Shown here piece by piece: positions 17,366 to 28,103 of a stretch of 64,000 bases of DNA. The stretch lies in the IMG/VR virus record IMGVR_UViG_3300009431_000003, one strand, 5' to 3'. A program made the position numbers and the translations under genes. A model generated the notes under the pieces. It worked only from the letters and a program-made list of their open reading frames with translations, did no database searches and was not told where the DNA came from. How positions within the stretch are numbered: the stretch's first letter is position 1; every line of letters begins with the position of its first letter. This DNA is from a virus.

Positions 17366-20300
17366 CTATTTTTTATGACAAAAAAATATATAATCTTTCA
17401 TCAGGCCATATTTCTTTACATCATTAGGACGGAAAATATCAGAAGTTTTCAATACTTGTACAACAAAACCGACAGACTCTAAACGATCAACAATATCTAA
17501 ACCATAAGATCTGACATGCTCTGGATTAGCAAAATACTCGGCTGACTTCTTAAAACTTATACCCTCAACAGTTACTTCCTCTAAAATCGGAACCATAATA
17601 ACTGCCCAACTACCGATTTTAAGTACCCGATGTAATTCTCTCATAGCTTGTATATCATCATTAATGTGCTCCAACAAATGAACAGAAATAATAGCATCGA
17701 AGGAATTAAGGTCTTTAGGAATTGAAGTTATATCCACCCTTCTTAATTCTCCAGGGACCACATTAGAAGTAATATACTCAAGCTTAGAAAAAGAACTAAG
17801 TGCTTTCTTAATTCCTGCATTCGGGGAAAAATGCAAAACTTTGTATTTATTTTTAAAAAGTTTAGTTTTCCTTTTTAAAAATAAATACAACATACGATGG
17901 CGCTCTAAGGAGCCGCACTTGGGGCATTGAGCATCCTTCCTATTCACAGAACCAAAAGAACTAAAAGAACCCGTAAATGAGCATACCGGACAGTTCTTAT
18001 TGTCCTTACTTTCTTGCTCTGATATTTTGGGTTCCCAAATGTAAGTAGGGGTGTGGGCATAAGGACCTATAGCAGAATATTCCCATTCTTTTAAAAACTG
18101 ATCTATTTCTTTTTTATGTTTTACAGTATGACATTCACAGACAATAATGGGCTGTGAAGCTTTAATAATTTTTCTTGCCCCTTTAAGAGCAGCAAGTTCA
18201 TGCCCTTCTATATCAAGCTTAATAATTGAAACACTATCTTGCTTCACAAGAGAATCTAGCCGAAGATACCCCACCCCAAAAGTACCAACAGTAGAAAGCG
18301 TTTTGGTTCCTCCTACATTATTCGGATCGATATCATCAATTCCTCGTATTGGGGTATGTTTAGTTGATAAGCCCGCTGCTGCACAAATCACGCTGAATGT
18401 CTTGCTGAATAAATTATTAGTCTTAAGGTTATGATGAAGAATACTCGCCACCCCAGGAACTGCTTCAATAGAGATAACTTTATCTGAAAAGCATTCATTA
18501 AGAAAAAAGACTGCATGATTACCTATATTTCCTCCTACATCCAAATACGTGCCTTTTTTATTATAGCTCTTTAGCTTTTCAAGCAAATCCAGTTCATAAA
18601 ACTTGTTACTTGAACTAAGTCTTTGGTACAAAATATCTGACTCTGTTGCACAAAATATTTTATAAGTATGCTCTTTATACTTACAAACTGCACCAAGGCT
18701 AAAATTTACACCGCCCACAATATCCTCACTTTCAAATACACAATTCTCTTCATTTTCTATATAATTCTCTTCCCGAACAAACAATTCGTTTCCTGTCCCT
18801 GTATTTAACTGCGATTGTGTGGTCAGATGCCGGATAAAAGAACGTGCAGGGGCATAAAAATAATAATTTCCATTCATCATCCTATCAGCTATCTGAGGAA
18901 ATACTCCAGAACTTAAATACGGTTTATTATTCCATCTGGAACTAGCCACAGGAAATATCCTATGATCCAACAGTTTTGGTAATCGAGTAGCTGGGGCAAG
19001 CCACCCTTGCCCATCCATCCAATAATGTCGAACCACTACCTCATCACTAATCACCACTTCTTCCGCCAACTTCCGCCTCCAAGGATTAGTTCGAAAGCGT
19101 ACGTCACGAAACATACTCAAAGCCACTGCTTTTTTGTCGTGAGAAACTTTTTGCCATAAATTAAGCGCCTTCTCAAATATTCTATCACATAATTGAACAT
19201 CGTCTTGAATAACAGAAAGATACTTTGCTCCAGAATTTTTGAAAGACCTTAAAATTGCATCATGTATTCTCCAAAAGCCTGGTCGCCCATTTCGGGCAGA
19301 CAATTTACGATAGGACACAAACGAATATTTATTTACCAAATTAATTACCTCAGGGTATGGAAGCATCGAACAGTCATCAATAACCTCTATTTGCAAAGAG
19401 CACCCCCTTCCTTGCTCACGTATAATTGACCTAAGAGCTTTCTCTGCAAGCTCTGGACGATTATATGTAGTCAGATATACTTTTATGCTAGGCTGGTTAA
19501 TCTTGGTCTGGGGCGTCTTAGTCTCTATTATTGTGGAGTCATTCCATAATTGATGAAAGTCTATACTCTCGTAAACTTGTTCTGGGGTAATAGCTCTCAT
19601 ACAAGAAGCTTTATCGCAACCGATTTTACCTTTTGCTCCATAACACGGGAACCTCTTACAGCCTCCACCAGTACTCTGTATACAAAGAATTCTGCCGTTT
19701 GCAGGACTACACTTAGACCATAAAGTAGAACCAAATAATGCTACACCAGGAACCCCAACAGCATCAGCAACATGCATAAGGCCAGTATCATTACCTATAG
19801 CAAAATCACACATAGATAAAGCATCTGCTGTCTGATCCAGTGTTAATTTCCCTGCTGTATTTATACCTCGGTTTCCTAAAGTACGGCAAAGCCTATCACC
19901 ATACGCAAACTCTTTCTTGTCTCCAAAATAAATAAAGCGAACATCATGCTCTTGCAAAATTATTTTAGTTAGCTTTATCATATACTCTATCGGCCATAAT
20001 TTATGTGACCAGCTAGGATGACAACCATTATAAACAGCTATAGTACGCTTATCTCTCTTAACTATATTATTTGCATTTCTCGTCTTTATTGTTGAAGGGT
20101 ACTTAACAGTCCCTGGAATAATATCTAAATATGCCTGAGTTTCCGTTATTCCTAAAGCTTTCCAGTTTACCATAGGCTGCATAATCTGAGTAACATTATG
20201 CTTAGGTAAATTTTTTGGACTAAAACACCAAAGGGCAATTACCCGAGAAACATCTTGAGCCAATTTTGTTGTAGGAGATAGCTCTTTGACAGGCCACTTT

Positions 20301-22339
20301 GATATTGACTTAATTGCCGGTATTCTTGGATCATTATATTTTATATAAATTATTGGATTATTTAGATTCTGAATAAAAGGAGTTGCTTGAATAAAATTCC
20401 CGATACCATTATTAAAAAATACAGCATCTGAACTCAGTACCTTAACATCTTTATAGTTATACTTATAAAACCTACTAAACCGTTTGGAAATATCCCTTAG
20501 AGCTTTGGTAGGTTGATATGTTTTTGTAAGTTGTCCTGAATGCATACGATACTTACAAAATACCTGATCTACTAAAGCAAAAGTATACCCATTTAAAGAT
20601 AACTTACACCACAGATCAAAATCCTGTGCCTCTTGATTTGGTTGATCACTGTAATAGCCACCCACACGTACTACCGCATCTTTTCTAAAACATACAGTAG
20701 AGTGCCCAATACACCATCCCTGCTCCCACATAAACTTAGACTGATCTACTTTAAAAGAGGTACGGCGCACGTTGCCATACCCAACCGTCGAATTACTCTT
20801 ACTATCTATATAATCCATTTGACCAGACAACACTGATACTTCTTTATGCTTAAGCAAATACTCAACTTGAAATCTTAAACGATCAGGGACCATAACATCA
20901 TCAGAGTCTAAAACAGCGATACACTTACTATTACAGCCCATTAGAGCACTATTTCTAGCAGCAACAATCCCCTCATGCTTTAACCAAATAATCTTTACCC
21001 AAGAAAGTCTCTCATATTTTTTTAAAACCTCTATCGTCCCTGGATCAGTCGAACCATCATCAGCAACAACTAACTGTTTAATAACTCCTTTTTGTTTTTC
21101 TATAGAAGCTATAGCCTCTTCTAAAAAGCGTGACTTTGTATTATACACCACCATTAAAACAGCTACTTCATAGCTTTTTTGTGTTTTCGGTTTTGTCTTG
21201 AACCTATTAAGTACTTTTTTCTTAGGGAGCATACTTTCTTTACGTCGCTGTGTTTTTCTTTTTATTGCAGCAGGTATTCCTGATTTCTGTTTAGTATTTA
21301 CTTTTAAGCTTTTTGCTTCCCCAATCACATGAACAAATCTTTTAGTCATCGCAGCCACAGAATGCTCCTTATCCGCAAAAGTAAATGCCTGTTCCGCAAG
21401 GGTTTTTCTTACATAAGGGTTACGTAAGTCCCTCATTACATTACCAAACTCTTTCAAAGAATCAAAATACTTTATAGCGTCGTTTGGTATTTCCAAGTGA
21501 TAGACACTTGGGCCGCATACTTTCCTGGCCAGAACAGGCACCCCAGACCGCATAGCCTCAACAATAGTCTGTGGCCAGCCTTCCCAGTCAGAATAAACAA
21601 TATGAACATCCATTTTAGCAAAAAGAGCTGCCCGGTCCTCTACATCTACAATTAATTCTATGCCAGGTGCTCCTTTTATCTCTTTTTTTAGTGCCTTAAA
21701 ATAACCTGCAGCATATGGAGCAAAGCCGCCAGCAACAAGTAGACGATCCCCAGATTTCCTAGCCCGCTTAAAAGCCCTTACAATTTCCACAGCTTTCTTA
21801 CGTGGCTCGAAGTTTCCAAAATACCCAATAGTAAGATTTCTGCCAGTACCTATTTTCGGAGAACAACGGAGATCTGTAGATGAGAGAATCGAGACACAAT
21901 TTGTCTTTCTATATTTTTTCTCATATGCAGCAACTATACCTTTTCCAACTCCGATTACAGTATGAATTTTATCTTTACCGTAATCAATTGCCTTGTATCC
22001 CCAAGCATCCATTGTATGAGCAACATAAATATAGCTTACGCCCAGATGAGGACTAAGAACACTTGGAATATTCGCTGGGCCGGCAAACACTACAATATCC
22101 GCACGAAAGGATCGGACAAAGGAAATAAGGGCACTATCCTTTGTTCCTAAATATTTAACAGGAGAATTTCCCGCCCGCCGCTGGTATACTTTAAGCGCTT
22201 CATTATAGACTTTGCCGCGCCACCCAACATAAGCTTTCCTGGCAGAATCTCCAAGAGAATTGCCTAGAGAAATTAAGTGACCGAAAACCCCGCCCCAATG
22301 AAGCCCGGGATATACAAAAACAATTCTTGGTTTATTCAT
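17366..22339 (-). CDS. multi-domain glycosyltransferase/methyltransferase: GT4 + GT2 + GT9 + GT2-like + FkbM MTase + Zn-ribbon/class I SAM MTase (ORF track start 22375)
   Basis: GT4 EGWPQTIVEAMRSGVPV; GT2 DDGSTD/LDSDD; GT9 GIGNFI..GNDTGLMHVADAVGVP; TTYNRP..IDDCS; FkbM LDVGGNIGNH..KLDIEGHE; CPKCGSLERHR..HLLEHI. Confidence 0.9.
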   Translation of the reverse strand: MNKPRIVFVYPGLHWGGVFGHLISLGNSLGDSARKAYVGWRGKVYNEALKVYQRRAGNSPVKYLGTKDSALISFVRSFRADIVVFAGPANIPSVLSPHLGVSYIYVAHTMDAWGYKAIDYGKDKIHTVIGVGKGIVAAYEKKYRKTNCVSILSSTDLRCSPKIGTGRNLTIGYFGNFEPRKKAVEIVRAFKRARKSGDRLLVAGGFAPYAAGYFKALKKEIKGAPGIELIVDVEDRAALFAKMDVHIVYSDWEGWPQTIVEAMRSGVPVLARKVCGPSVYHLEIPNDAIKYFDSLKEFGNVMRDLRNPYVRKTLAEQAFTFADKEHSVAAMTKRFVHVIGEAKSLKVNTKQKSGIPAAIKRKTQRRKESMLPKKKVLNRFKTKPKTQKSYEVAVLMVVYNTKSRFLEEAIASIEKQKGVIKQLVVADDGSTDPGTIEVLKKYERLSWVKIIWLKHEGIVAARNSALMGCNSKCIAVLDSDDVMVPDRLRFQVEYLLKHKEVSVLSGQMDYIDSKSNSTVGYGNVRRTSFKVDQSKFMWEQGWCIGHSTVCFRKDAVVRVGGYYSDQPNQEAQDFDLWCKLSLNGYTFALVDQVFCKYRMHSGQLTKTYQPTKALRDISKRFSRFYKYNYKDVKVLSSDAVFFNNGIGNFIQATPFIQNLNNPIIYIKYNDPRIPAIKSISKWPVKELSPTTKLAQDVSRVIALWCFSPKNLPKHNVTQIMQPMVNWKALGITETQAYLDIIPGTVKYPSTIKTRNANNIVKRDKRTIAVYNGCHPSWSHKLWPIEYMIKLTKIILQEHDVRFIYFGDKKEFAYGDRLCRTLGNRGINTAGKLTLDQTADALSMCDFAIGNDTGLMHVADAVGVPGVALFGSTLWSKCSPANGRILCIQSTGGGCKRFPCYGAKGKIGCDKASCMRAITPEQVYESIDFHQLWNDSTIIETKTPQTKINQPSIKVYLTTYNRPELAEKALRSIIREQGRGCSLQIEVIDDCSMLPYPEVINLVNKYSFVSYRKLSARNGRPGFWRIHDAILRSFKNSGAKYLSVIQDDVQLCDRIFEKALNLWQKVSHDKKAVALSMFRDVRFRTNPWRRKLAEEVVISDEVVVRHYWMDGQGWLAPATRLPKLLDHRIFPVASSRWNNKPYLSSGVFPQIADRMMNGNYYFYAPARSFIRHLTTQSQLNTGTGNELFVREENYIENEENCVFESEDIVGGVNFSLGAVCKYKEHTYKIFCATESDILYQRLSSSNKFYELDLLEKLKSYNKKGTYLDVGGNIGNHAVFFLNECFSDKVISIEAVPGVASILHHNLKTNNLFSKTFSVICAAAGLSTKHTPIRGIDDIDPNNVGGTKTLSTVGTFGVGYLRLDSLVKQDSVSIIKLDIEGHELAALKGARKIIKASQPIIVCECHTVKHKKEIDQFLKEWEYSAIGPYAHTPTYIWEPKISEQESKDNKNCPVCSFTGSFSSFGSVNRKDAQCPKCGSLERHRMLYLFLKRKTKLFKNKYKVLHFSPNAGIKKALSSFSKLEYITSNVVPGELRRVDITSIPKDLNSFDAIISVHLLEHINDDIQAMRELHRVLKIGSWAVIMVPILEEVTVEGISFKKSAEYFANPEHVRSYGLDIVDRLESVGFVVQVLKTSDIFRPNDVKKYGLMKDYIFFCHKK

Positions 22340-22386
22340 AAATATTGTACTATCACCATAAGCTACTAATTCCAAGGAGGACTATC

Positions 22387-22713
22387 ATGCAAGATCTTTC
22401 ACAACCTTTTACCTCACAAATTGGTCCCATAGTGGTGCCAATAACTATACAACGTGAGTATGATCCTGAAAAGGAAAAAATGAGACAATATCTTATAGAG
22501 GTGGTTGTAACTTTCTATATTGACTTAATGGGTATATGCGTCTCAGAGCCTCTTTCGGAAGTACTTAGTGATATATTTTACGGAAAACAGACCCCGCCGG
22601 CCTTTTGGTCACTTCAATATCTTCAGGAATATATTAACTCAATCGGGCTGCCGCCAAATTACTTAGAAATGGAAGACGAAAAATGGGAACTTCTTGAAAC
22701 TTTTGCCTACTAA
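22387..22713 (+). CDS. hypothetical protein
   Basis: AAGGAGG RBS. Confidence 0.65.
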   Translation: MQDLSQPFTSQIGPIVVPITIQREYDPEKEKMRQYLIEVVVTFYIDLMGICVSEPLSEVLSDIFYGKQTPPAFWSLQYLQEYINSIGLPPNYLEMEDEKWELLETFAY

Positions 22714-22725
22714 AAGGAGCGTATT

Positions 22726-23541
22726 ATGGGAACAGGATGGCATGCGTGTTGTAACCCCCGAATGAGGAAAGATGAAATACTCAACGGATTAACAGAAATA
22801 GAAAAGAGTAGAGTAGTTGGACATAATCAGGTCCGGTATAAGCTTATCGGCGGTCCTACGATACTTCGATATACCCACACAGACATAGTAATCTTTGACG
22901 AAAAAACAGGTATCGCAACTTTGGATCACGGCGGCTGGATGACAAAAGCCACGAGAGGACGTATAAATGCAGAACTACAATATCATGGTCTATGCTCCAG
23001 CAATTGGGGTCCAGTTATTAACCTAGATCAAGGCAGAGGCTGGGCTGTTGAGGCTAAAATAAATATCAAACAAGACCAACTAAAAGAGAAGATATTCTTC
23101 TTCAACGGCATCCAGGTAAAAGCCACAGATCCTGTATCCAGCGCCTTGACTGTTGTAGACCCAAAACCCGGAATAATCGCTGAAAAATTGCACAAAAAAT
23201 ATAACAAAATGATCAAGGCCTATATCAAAAAGATGAAGAAAATGCTCGCAGAGGATGGACCAATAATGCCTGAAGAAGGAGATTGTTGGTTATGTTGCAT
23301 GGTCTCCAGCAAAACAAAGAAACCTTGGGGAGATGAAGATATTGATCACTTTGTTACTCACTTGGAGGAACAATACGTTCATGGTTCCTTGATACTCAAC
23401 GCCCATCGATGGGCTAATAAAGAAAATCTTCTTGGGTTTGCCTATACCACAGGCGAAGGCAAGCTACATAAATATGAAATAGATAACATCGCTAAAACAG
23501 TACAAAGATACTTAAAAGCGAAAGTCGGCCTCAATTATTAA
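22726..23541 (+). CDS. hypothetical protein
   Basis: AAGGAG RBS; TLDHGGWMTKATRGRIN motif seen in phage accessory proteins. Confidence 0.7.
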   Translation: MGTGWHACCNPRMRKDEILNGLTEIEKSRVVGHNQVRYKLIGGPTILRYTHTDIVIFDEKTGIATLDHGGWMTKATRGRINAELQYHGLCSSNWGPVINLDQGRGWAVEAKINIKQDQLKEKIFFFNGIQVKATDPVSSALTVVDPKPGIIAEKLHKKYNKMIKAYIKKMKKMLAEDGPIMPEEGDCWLCCMVSSKTKKPWGDEDIDHFVTHLEEQYVHGSLILNAHRWANKENLLGFAYTTGEGKLHKYEIDNIAKTVQRYLKAKVGLNY

Positions 23542-23550
23542 GGAGAAAAT

Positions 23551-23793
23551 ATGACGACAACAGTACACGATAATAAAACAGACCGGGAGTATGTCTATAG
23601 TCTGTCTCCAAAGCATGCTCTTGTATGTGCTTATTATCAGTATGCTCTGAACAACTGGCGTACTTATGAATATGACTACACCAAATGGGACTTTGAAACA
23701 GAAGGAACACAGCTCTTTTTTAAGCCACCAGGACAAACCCACAGAAAAAGATTCTCTGTACCAATAACTAAAACAAAGAAGACAACCTCGTAA
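23551..23793 (+). CDS. hypothetical protein
   Basis: AAGGAG RBS. Confidence 0.65.
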   Translation: MTTTVHDNKTDREYVYSLSPKHALVCAYYQYALNNWRTYEYDYTKWDFETEGTQLFFKPPGQTHRKRFSVPITKTKKTTS

Positions 23794-23798
23794 TCACC

Positions 23799-23808
23799 CA
23801 TAAGAGTA
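23799..23808 (+). promoter_or_regulatory. CATAAGAGTA motif
   Basis: exact copy upstream of the radical SAM gene. Confidence 0.55.
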
Positions 23809-24540
23809 GTGAAAGGAGGCTATATGGATATACATCTTGAAATTACTCGCAGATGCAATCTACGCTGCGATCATTGCCTCCGAGGTGGAGCACAACGGGT
23901 AGATGTATCCGACAGGGTTCTATACAAAGTATTTCAGCAATGGCCTACTGAGTACATAGGCTCTGTTACTTTTACGGGCGGTGAGCCCTCACTCGTACCT
24001 GACCGAATAGAGAAATTTAGGCACGAACTCCAATATCGCGGAAGCATACTGGGTTTTTGGGAACTTACAACAAATGCTCATTATATTACGGAACCTTTTC
24101 TTACTGCTCTTGAAAAGCTGTCCTGGCATGTCGATGAGAAAGATATGTGCTCGATAAGGATTTCGAGGGACCACTTTCACCGAGCACTCTCGCAGCAACG
24201 CAGCAGGTGGAAATTACAAGAATGGGGAGAACTAACCGGAATTCATATCTACGAAGACAAAGCCCTCGATACTTTTACGGAGAAAATTAAAGGTCAGGGC
24301 AGAGCAAAAAGATATCAGTTAGGTTACGATATCTCAGACAAACACACCCCAGAGTGGGAATACTCTCTTGATGATGATGGCGAAATATCTCACACAGCAG
24401 GCAGTGTATATGTCAATGCTTATGGGGATATAATCGATGGCTGCAATTGGTCATGGATTGAACAGAAACAGCACATCCTTGGAAATGTAAAACACCATAA
24501 GATTGCATCACTTTTAATAAAATACGGAAAGGCGGTATAA
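23809..24540 (+). CDS. radical SAM protein
   Basis: EITRRCNLRCDHC (CxxxCxxC), FTGGEP, TTNA, VYVNAYGDIIDGC. Confidence 0.9.
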   Translation: MKGGYMDIHLEITRRCNLRCDHCLRGGAQRVDVSDRVLYKVFQQWPTEYIGSVTFTGGEPSLVPDRIEKFRHELQYRGSILGFWELTTNAHYITEPFLTALEKLSWHVDEKDMCSIRISRDHFHRALSQQRSRWKLQEWGELTGIHIYEDKALDTFTEKIKGQGRAKRYQLGYDISDKHTPEWEYSLDDDGEISHTAGSVYVNAYGDIIDGCNWSWIEQKQHILGNVKHHKIASLLIKYGKAV

Positions 24541-24992
24541 TGAAATTATTTATAGGTGACAGATTCCGTGTGGAACCTACCCCCATAGGCATCAAAATTA
24601 TACAAGGAAATTACATAGTCGAGCACATTTTTAAGGCTGATTACGTGCCCGACCCTAAACTAATTAAAAAGTATACAGGAGATAACTCTTTTCTCGCTGC
24701 TACATACAAAGCAACAAGAAAAGAAAGATATGGATGTCGTAGCCTTGAAGGAGAAGGTTACTCTATCTTTTCAGAAAACTATCCGGCAGCACAAATCACC
24801 ATATTAAGATATTCCCCAAGGAGTTGGTTAGTTACCTGGGAAATAGATATAGAAGCGTCCTCTCCCCGCAGAGCAGCAGAAAAAGCTCTCGAAATTCAAC
24901 GAGACCCGAAAAGTACGGCAACAGTATTCAAATTATTTGACAGTAAGGGAAACGATATAAAAATAGACTTGGAAACAGAGGAGGATGAATGA
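24540..24992 (+). CDS. hypothetical protein
   Basis: TAATG coupling. Confidence 0.65.
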   Translation: MKLFIGDRFRVEPTPIGIKIIQGNYIVEHIFKADYVPDPKLIKKYTGDNSFLAATYKATRKERYGCRSLEGEGYSIFSENYPAAQITILRYSPRSWLVTWEIDIEASSPRRAAEKALEIQRDPKSTATVFKLFDSKGNDIKIDLETEEDE

Positions 24993-25174
24993 CAACCAAA
25001 AGCCACAGAAGATGGTACATCAAGTTTCCACAGGATGTTTATGCTATGGGTCCTGTAGATTTTGAAAAGCCTGTTGAAGAAAAAGCAGTACGTAAATACG
25101 CAAGAGGGTGGGAAGGAGTATCCCGTCTTCCAAATGGTTTCAAATGCTGGCCGGCGCCAGAGAAAGAAGAATAA
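24989..25174 (+). CDS. hypothetical protein
   Basis: GAGGAGG RBS, ATGA overlap. Confidence 0.6.
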   Translation: MTTKSHRRWYIKFPQDVYAMGPVDFEKPVEEKAVRKYARGWEGVSRLPNGFKCWPAPEKEE

Positions 25175-25175
25175 T

Positions 25176-25574
25176 ATGAAATTAACTAAAGCACAGGAAA
25201 AGATGCACCCCAAAAAGTTTGAGAGTATGTCTCCAAAAATGGCGGCATATCTTTCTTTCCTTTTAGGGATAAATAGCCTACAAATCGCTTCTCCTCAAAT
25301 AATCTCACTCGGATTAACGTCTGATGGCTTCATAAATACCCATACCAATGCTGGTGGGGATTTTATTGAGAGCTACGAAGACTTAAAGGGAAACTTTGAC
25401 GAGGCCGTAATAGAAGCGTGCAACACCTCAGAAGGAATGACTCCTACAGAAATTGCGGAGATATACCAGCTTTTTTACAAACACATAGACCATCGTTATT
25501 GGTTCATGGGCGGCGCTGGAAGGGAAGCCCAGGCTAAAAAGGAACAAACGACTAAGTACTGGGAGGCAGAGTAA
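25176..25574 (+). CDS. hypothetical protein
   Basis: packed block. Confidence 0.6.
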   Translation: MKLTKAQEKMHPKKFESMSPKMAAYLSFLLGINSLQIASPQIISLGLTSDGFINTHTNAGGDFIESYEDLKGNFDEAVIEACNTSEGMTPTEIAEIYQLFYKHIDHRYWFMGGAGREAQAKKEQTTKYWEAE

Positions 25575-25984
25575 TGGAAATCCAAGAACATTGGCATGAA
25601 CCTATTCGAGTAGTGTCAATGTATAACCATAAATTGTATATGTGGCAAGCTGGATGGACGAGAGATAAGCGACACTTTCAAAAAGTAAGGGTAGCTTACA
25701 GACTTTATTCTCCGGAAGGAATCATTATCTTCGAGGGCAATGATTATGGCGTATCCCCAATGATGGCGCCGGACTCGGATGAAAGTATAAGAACTCTAAT
25801 GGGCTTCCTTACAATGCGGCCTGGAGATACAGACGACGAGTATTTCAAAGACTACACACCAAAGCAACTTACGTGGGCAGAAAAGAACGCGGATGACTTT
25901 TATCAGTTTACTGATGGCGAAGATATTTCTGAAGACACAGAACCCTTCATAAACCACCCGCTTGAAAACCCGCCGGAGGAGTAA
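25574..25984 (+). CDS. hypothetical protein
   Basis: TAATG coupling; LMGFLTMRPGDTDDEYF..YTPKQL.WA motif. Confidence 0.7.
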   Translation: MEIQEHWHEPIRVVSMYNHKLYMWQAGWTRDKRHFQKVRVAYRLYSPEGIIIFEGNDYGVSPMMAPDSDESIRTLMGFLTMRPGDTDDEYFKDYTPKQLTWAEKNADDFYQFTDGEDISEDTEPFINHPLENPPEE

Positions 25985-26361
25985 TGAATGTATATATTTA
26001 TCAAGCCGATGTCTGGTGCGCTGTATGTGCCAAAAAGATTATACAAGAACTAATAGAAGTAGAAAACATTCCCGAAAATGTTCATAATGAAGCTACTTAT
26101 GACTCCGATAATTTCCCTAAAGGGCCTTATCCTGAAGGTGGAGGCGAAGCTGATACGCCGCAGCATTGTGCTGGTTGTAAGGCTTTTCTCAAAAACCCCT
26201 TAACATCTGAGGGGGAGAAATACGTCTTGGACTTATTAGGCGAAGAGGATGATCCAGTGGTTCGACTACCTCCTAAAGGTTGGCAATACGATACTCCAAA
26301 ACATTCCAAACGATTCGTTGAATGGATTGATCGTTATTCTTATTTGTGGAAAGAGGTCTAA
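25984..26361 (+). CDS. hypothetical protein
   Basis: TAATG coupling; CAVC...DTPQHCAGC. Confidence 0.7.
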   Translation: MNVYIYQADVWCAVCAKKIIQELIEVENIPENVHNEATYDSDNFPKGPYPEGGGEADTPQHCAGCKAFLKNPLTSEGEKYVLDLLGEEDDPVVRLPPKGWQYDTPKHSKRFVEWIDRYSYLWKEV

Positions 26362-26727
26362 ATGAAAACTTTTCGATATACAGTACAAATAGATATAAAA
26401 GCAGAAAAACGTACAGAAGCAGACCGAAAACTACAACAAAGAGTTGCCTGTACTTTCTCTCCGAAAGTAGATTGTTTTGAACTTCCTCCTTTAACTGGAA
26501 AACCTTTTCAAGACAGGGCCTGGAAATGCCCTCACTGCGGCGTTGTCATGCAGCACGAGATCTCTGACGGCGCCGGGAAGCGCACCCTGGGGAATTATGC
26601 TGCCTTTAGTCTCCAGGCTGATGAGAACGAAACAGCTACTCAGGAGTACCACTGCAGGGTCTGCGACAAATGGTTCAAGGATACTTACCGGCTGGTCAAG
26701 ATCGAGAAGATCAAAAAGGAGGACTGA
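26362..26727 (+). CDS. hypothetical Zn-ribbon protein
   Basis: CPHC...CRVC. Confidence 0.65.
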   Translation: MKTFRYTVQIDIKAEKRTEADRKLQQRVACTFSPKVDCFELPPLTGKPFQDRAWKCPHCGVVMQHEISDGAGKRTLGNYAAFSLQADENETATQEYHCRVCDKWFKDTYRLVKIEKIKKED

Positions 26728-26936
26728 TGTATGAGAAGATGGTCTATTCCCTGCCCGGCATAGAGAGTCATCCTGTCTGTAAGCACTGCCACGCTCTGGA
26801 TGTTGACGTGAAGGAGTTGTTTGGTATAAAGCTCTCTGAGGCCTTCTGTAAGAACTGCGGTGCCAAGGAGACAGGTAGGACAACCGTAATTGCCTTTAAG
26901 AAGCTCACAGCGCCCTACCCCAAAAATCCTACCTAA
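26727..26936 (+). CDS. hypothetical Zn-ribbon protein
   Basis: TGATG coupling, CKHC...CKNC. Confidence 0.6.
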   Translation: MYEKMVYSLPGIESHPVCKHCHALDVDVKELFGIKLSEAFCKNCGAKETGRTTVIAFKKLTAPYPKNPT

Positions 26937-27210
26937 AAATTATACTTGTTTCAGGCCGAAGACAGGCTGCCAATCTTTGGTCCTTCTCATATTCACCTTC
27001 CACTCTGCGATAGGCTTCCTGAGTGCTCTGGCTCTCGACAGTATCTGGTAGGTGGGCAGACTATCTGGACTGAATTCCTGTAGCTGCTTGCCTGCTTCAA
27101 TAACTTTGTCGTTTGCTTTGCCAGTTCTCATTGCTTTGGCAAGACTTTGGGCGGTACGAATAGCTAACAAGCGCAATAGAGCATTAAGAAATAACAAAAA
27201 GGAGTAAGCA

Positions 27211-27495
27211 ATGGCTGAACACACAAAATTCACAAGAATTGATTTGGGGTTCAACGATATCGGACAAGCTGAAGGTGCCATAGAGCTACACATGGAAATT
27301 GATGGAGAGCCTTGTGGAATTACTCTTTCTTATGAAGCCAGGAAACAGGACCTTTATCAATCTCTACAAGTAGCTGTGCCTACGCCGAAAAGAGAACCTA
27401 AAATAGCTGGCCCTACTTTAGCTGTCAGGTATATATGCTTTACACCTACACAACGAGAAAAGGCAGAAGCTATAGGATATAAAGGAGAAGAATAA
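27211..27495 (+). CDS. hypothetical protein, paralogue of 30857..31144
   Basis: MAEHTK..LGFN.IG.AEG..EL..EIDGEPC...SYEARKQ shared. Confidence 0.75.
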   Translation: MAEHTKFTRIDLGFNDIGQAEGAIELHMEIDGEPCGITLSYEARKQDLYQSLQVAVPTPKREPKIAGPTLAVRYICFTPTQREKAEAIGYKGEE

Positions 27496-27899
27496 TGGAA
27501 GCGGAAGCTAAATGGTTACTAGGTATCATAGGACAGTGGGATACTATCGCACAGTCTCTTGAGCGATGGCCGGAGATAAAGAAAGCCGCAATGAACGACG
27601 CTGTACCCATGGATGACGACGAGCCTATGGGCGATGTCGCGGTAAATATCCAACCACCTTCTTTACAATACCTAATTGCTATCGCCGTATCTCTGGACCG
27701 AGATGGGCTGCTGAGTAATGCAACTCTCCAAGCGACTACCAAAAATGACCTGGGTAGGTCCCTAGTAGAACTCTGCAATCGACGAAGAAACCCAATAAGC
27801 GCGGAACTGACTTCAAACTCTGCCGATGGACAACTTATTTCGGCAGCGGTGAGGGCAGAGGAGATTTTGACTAAAGCCCTTAAAAGAAGGAAAAGATAA
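27495..27899 (+). CDS. hypothetical protein
   Basis: TAATG coupling. Confidence 0.65.
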   Translation: MEAEAKWLLGIIGQWDTIAQSLERWPEIKKAAMNDAVPMDDDEPMGDVAVNIQPPSLQYLIAIAVSLDRDGLLSNATLQATTKNDLGRSLVELCNRRRNPISAELTSNSADGQLISAAVRAEEILTKALKRRKR

Positions 27900-28103
27900 A
27901 TGAGAAGAAAAAACCCGGAAAGCATCGAACCCTCGGAAGATTGGGTGCTTTACCAAGACGGCATGGAGATAAAACGCGGAACAAACTTTGAACTTTTCAA
28001 ATGGATGCTGAATCATCACCCTCAATCCGTATATTACCAACTCAAGTATGAGGGTAAAGCTTTGTATTCCCCAAGCGGGAAAAGGAGTTGTTATGGGAAA
28101 TGA
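27900..28103 (+). CDS. hypothetical protein
   Basis: abuts upstream stop. Confidence 0.6.
   Translation: MRRKNPESIEPSEDWVLYQDGMEIKRGTNFELFKWMLNHHPQSVYYQLKYEGKALYSPSGKRSCYGK

Noticed and set aside
26940-27293. Minus-strand ORF filling a gap between + genes
   Set aside because: It overlaps the 27211 gene antisense, has no RBS and no motif.
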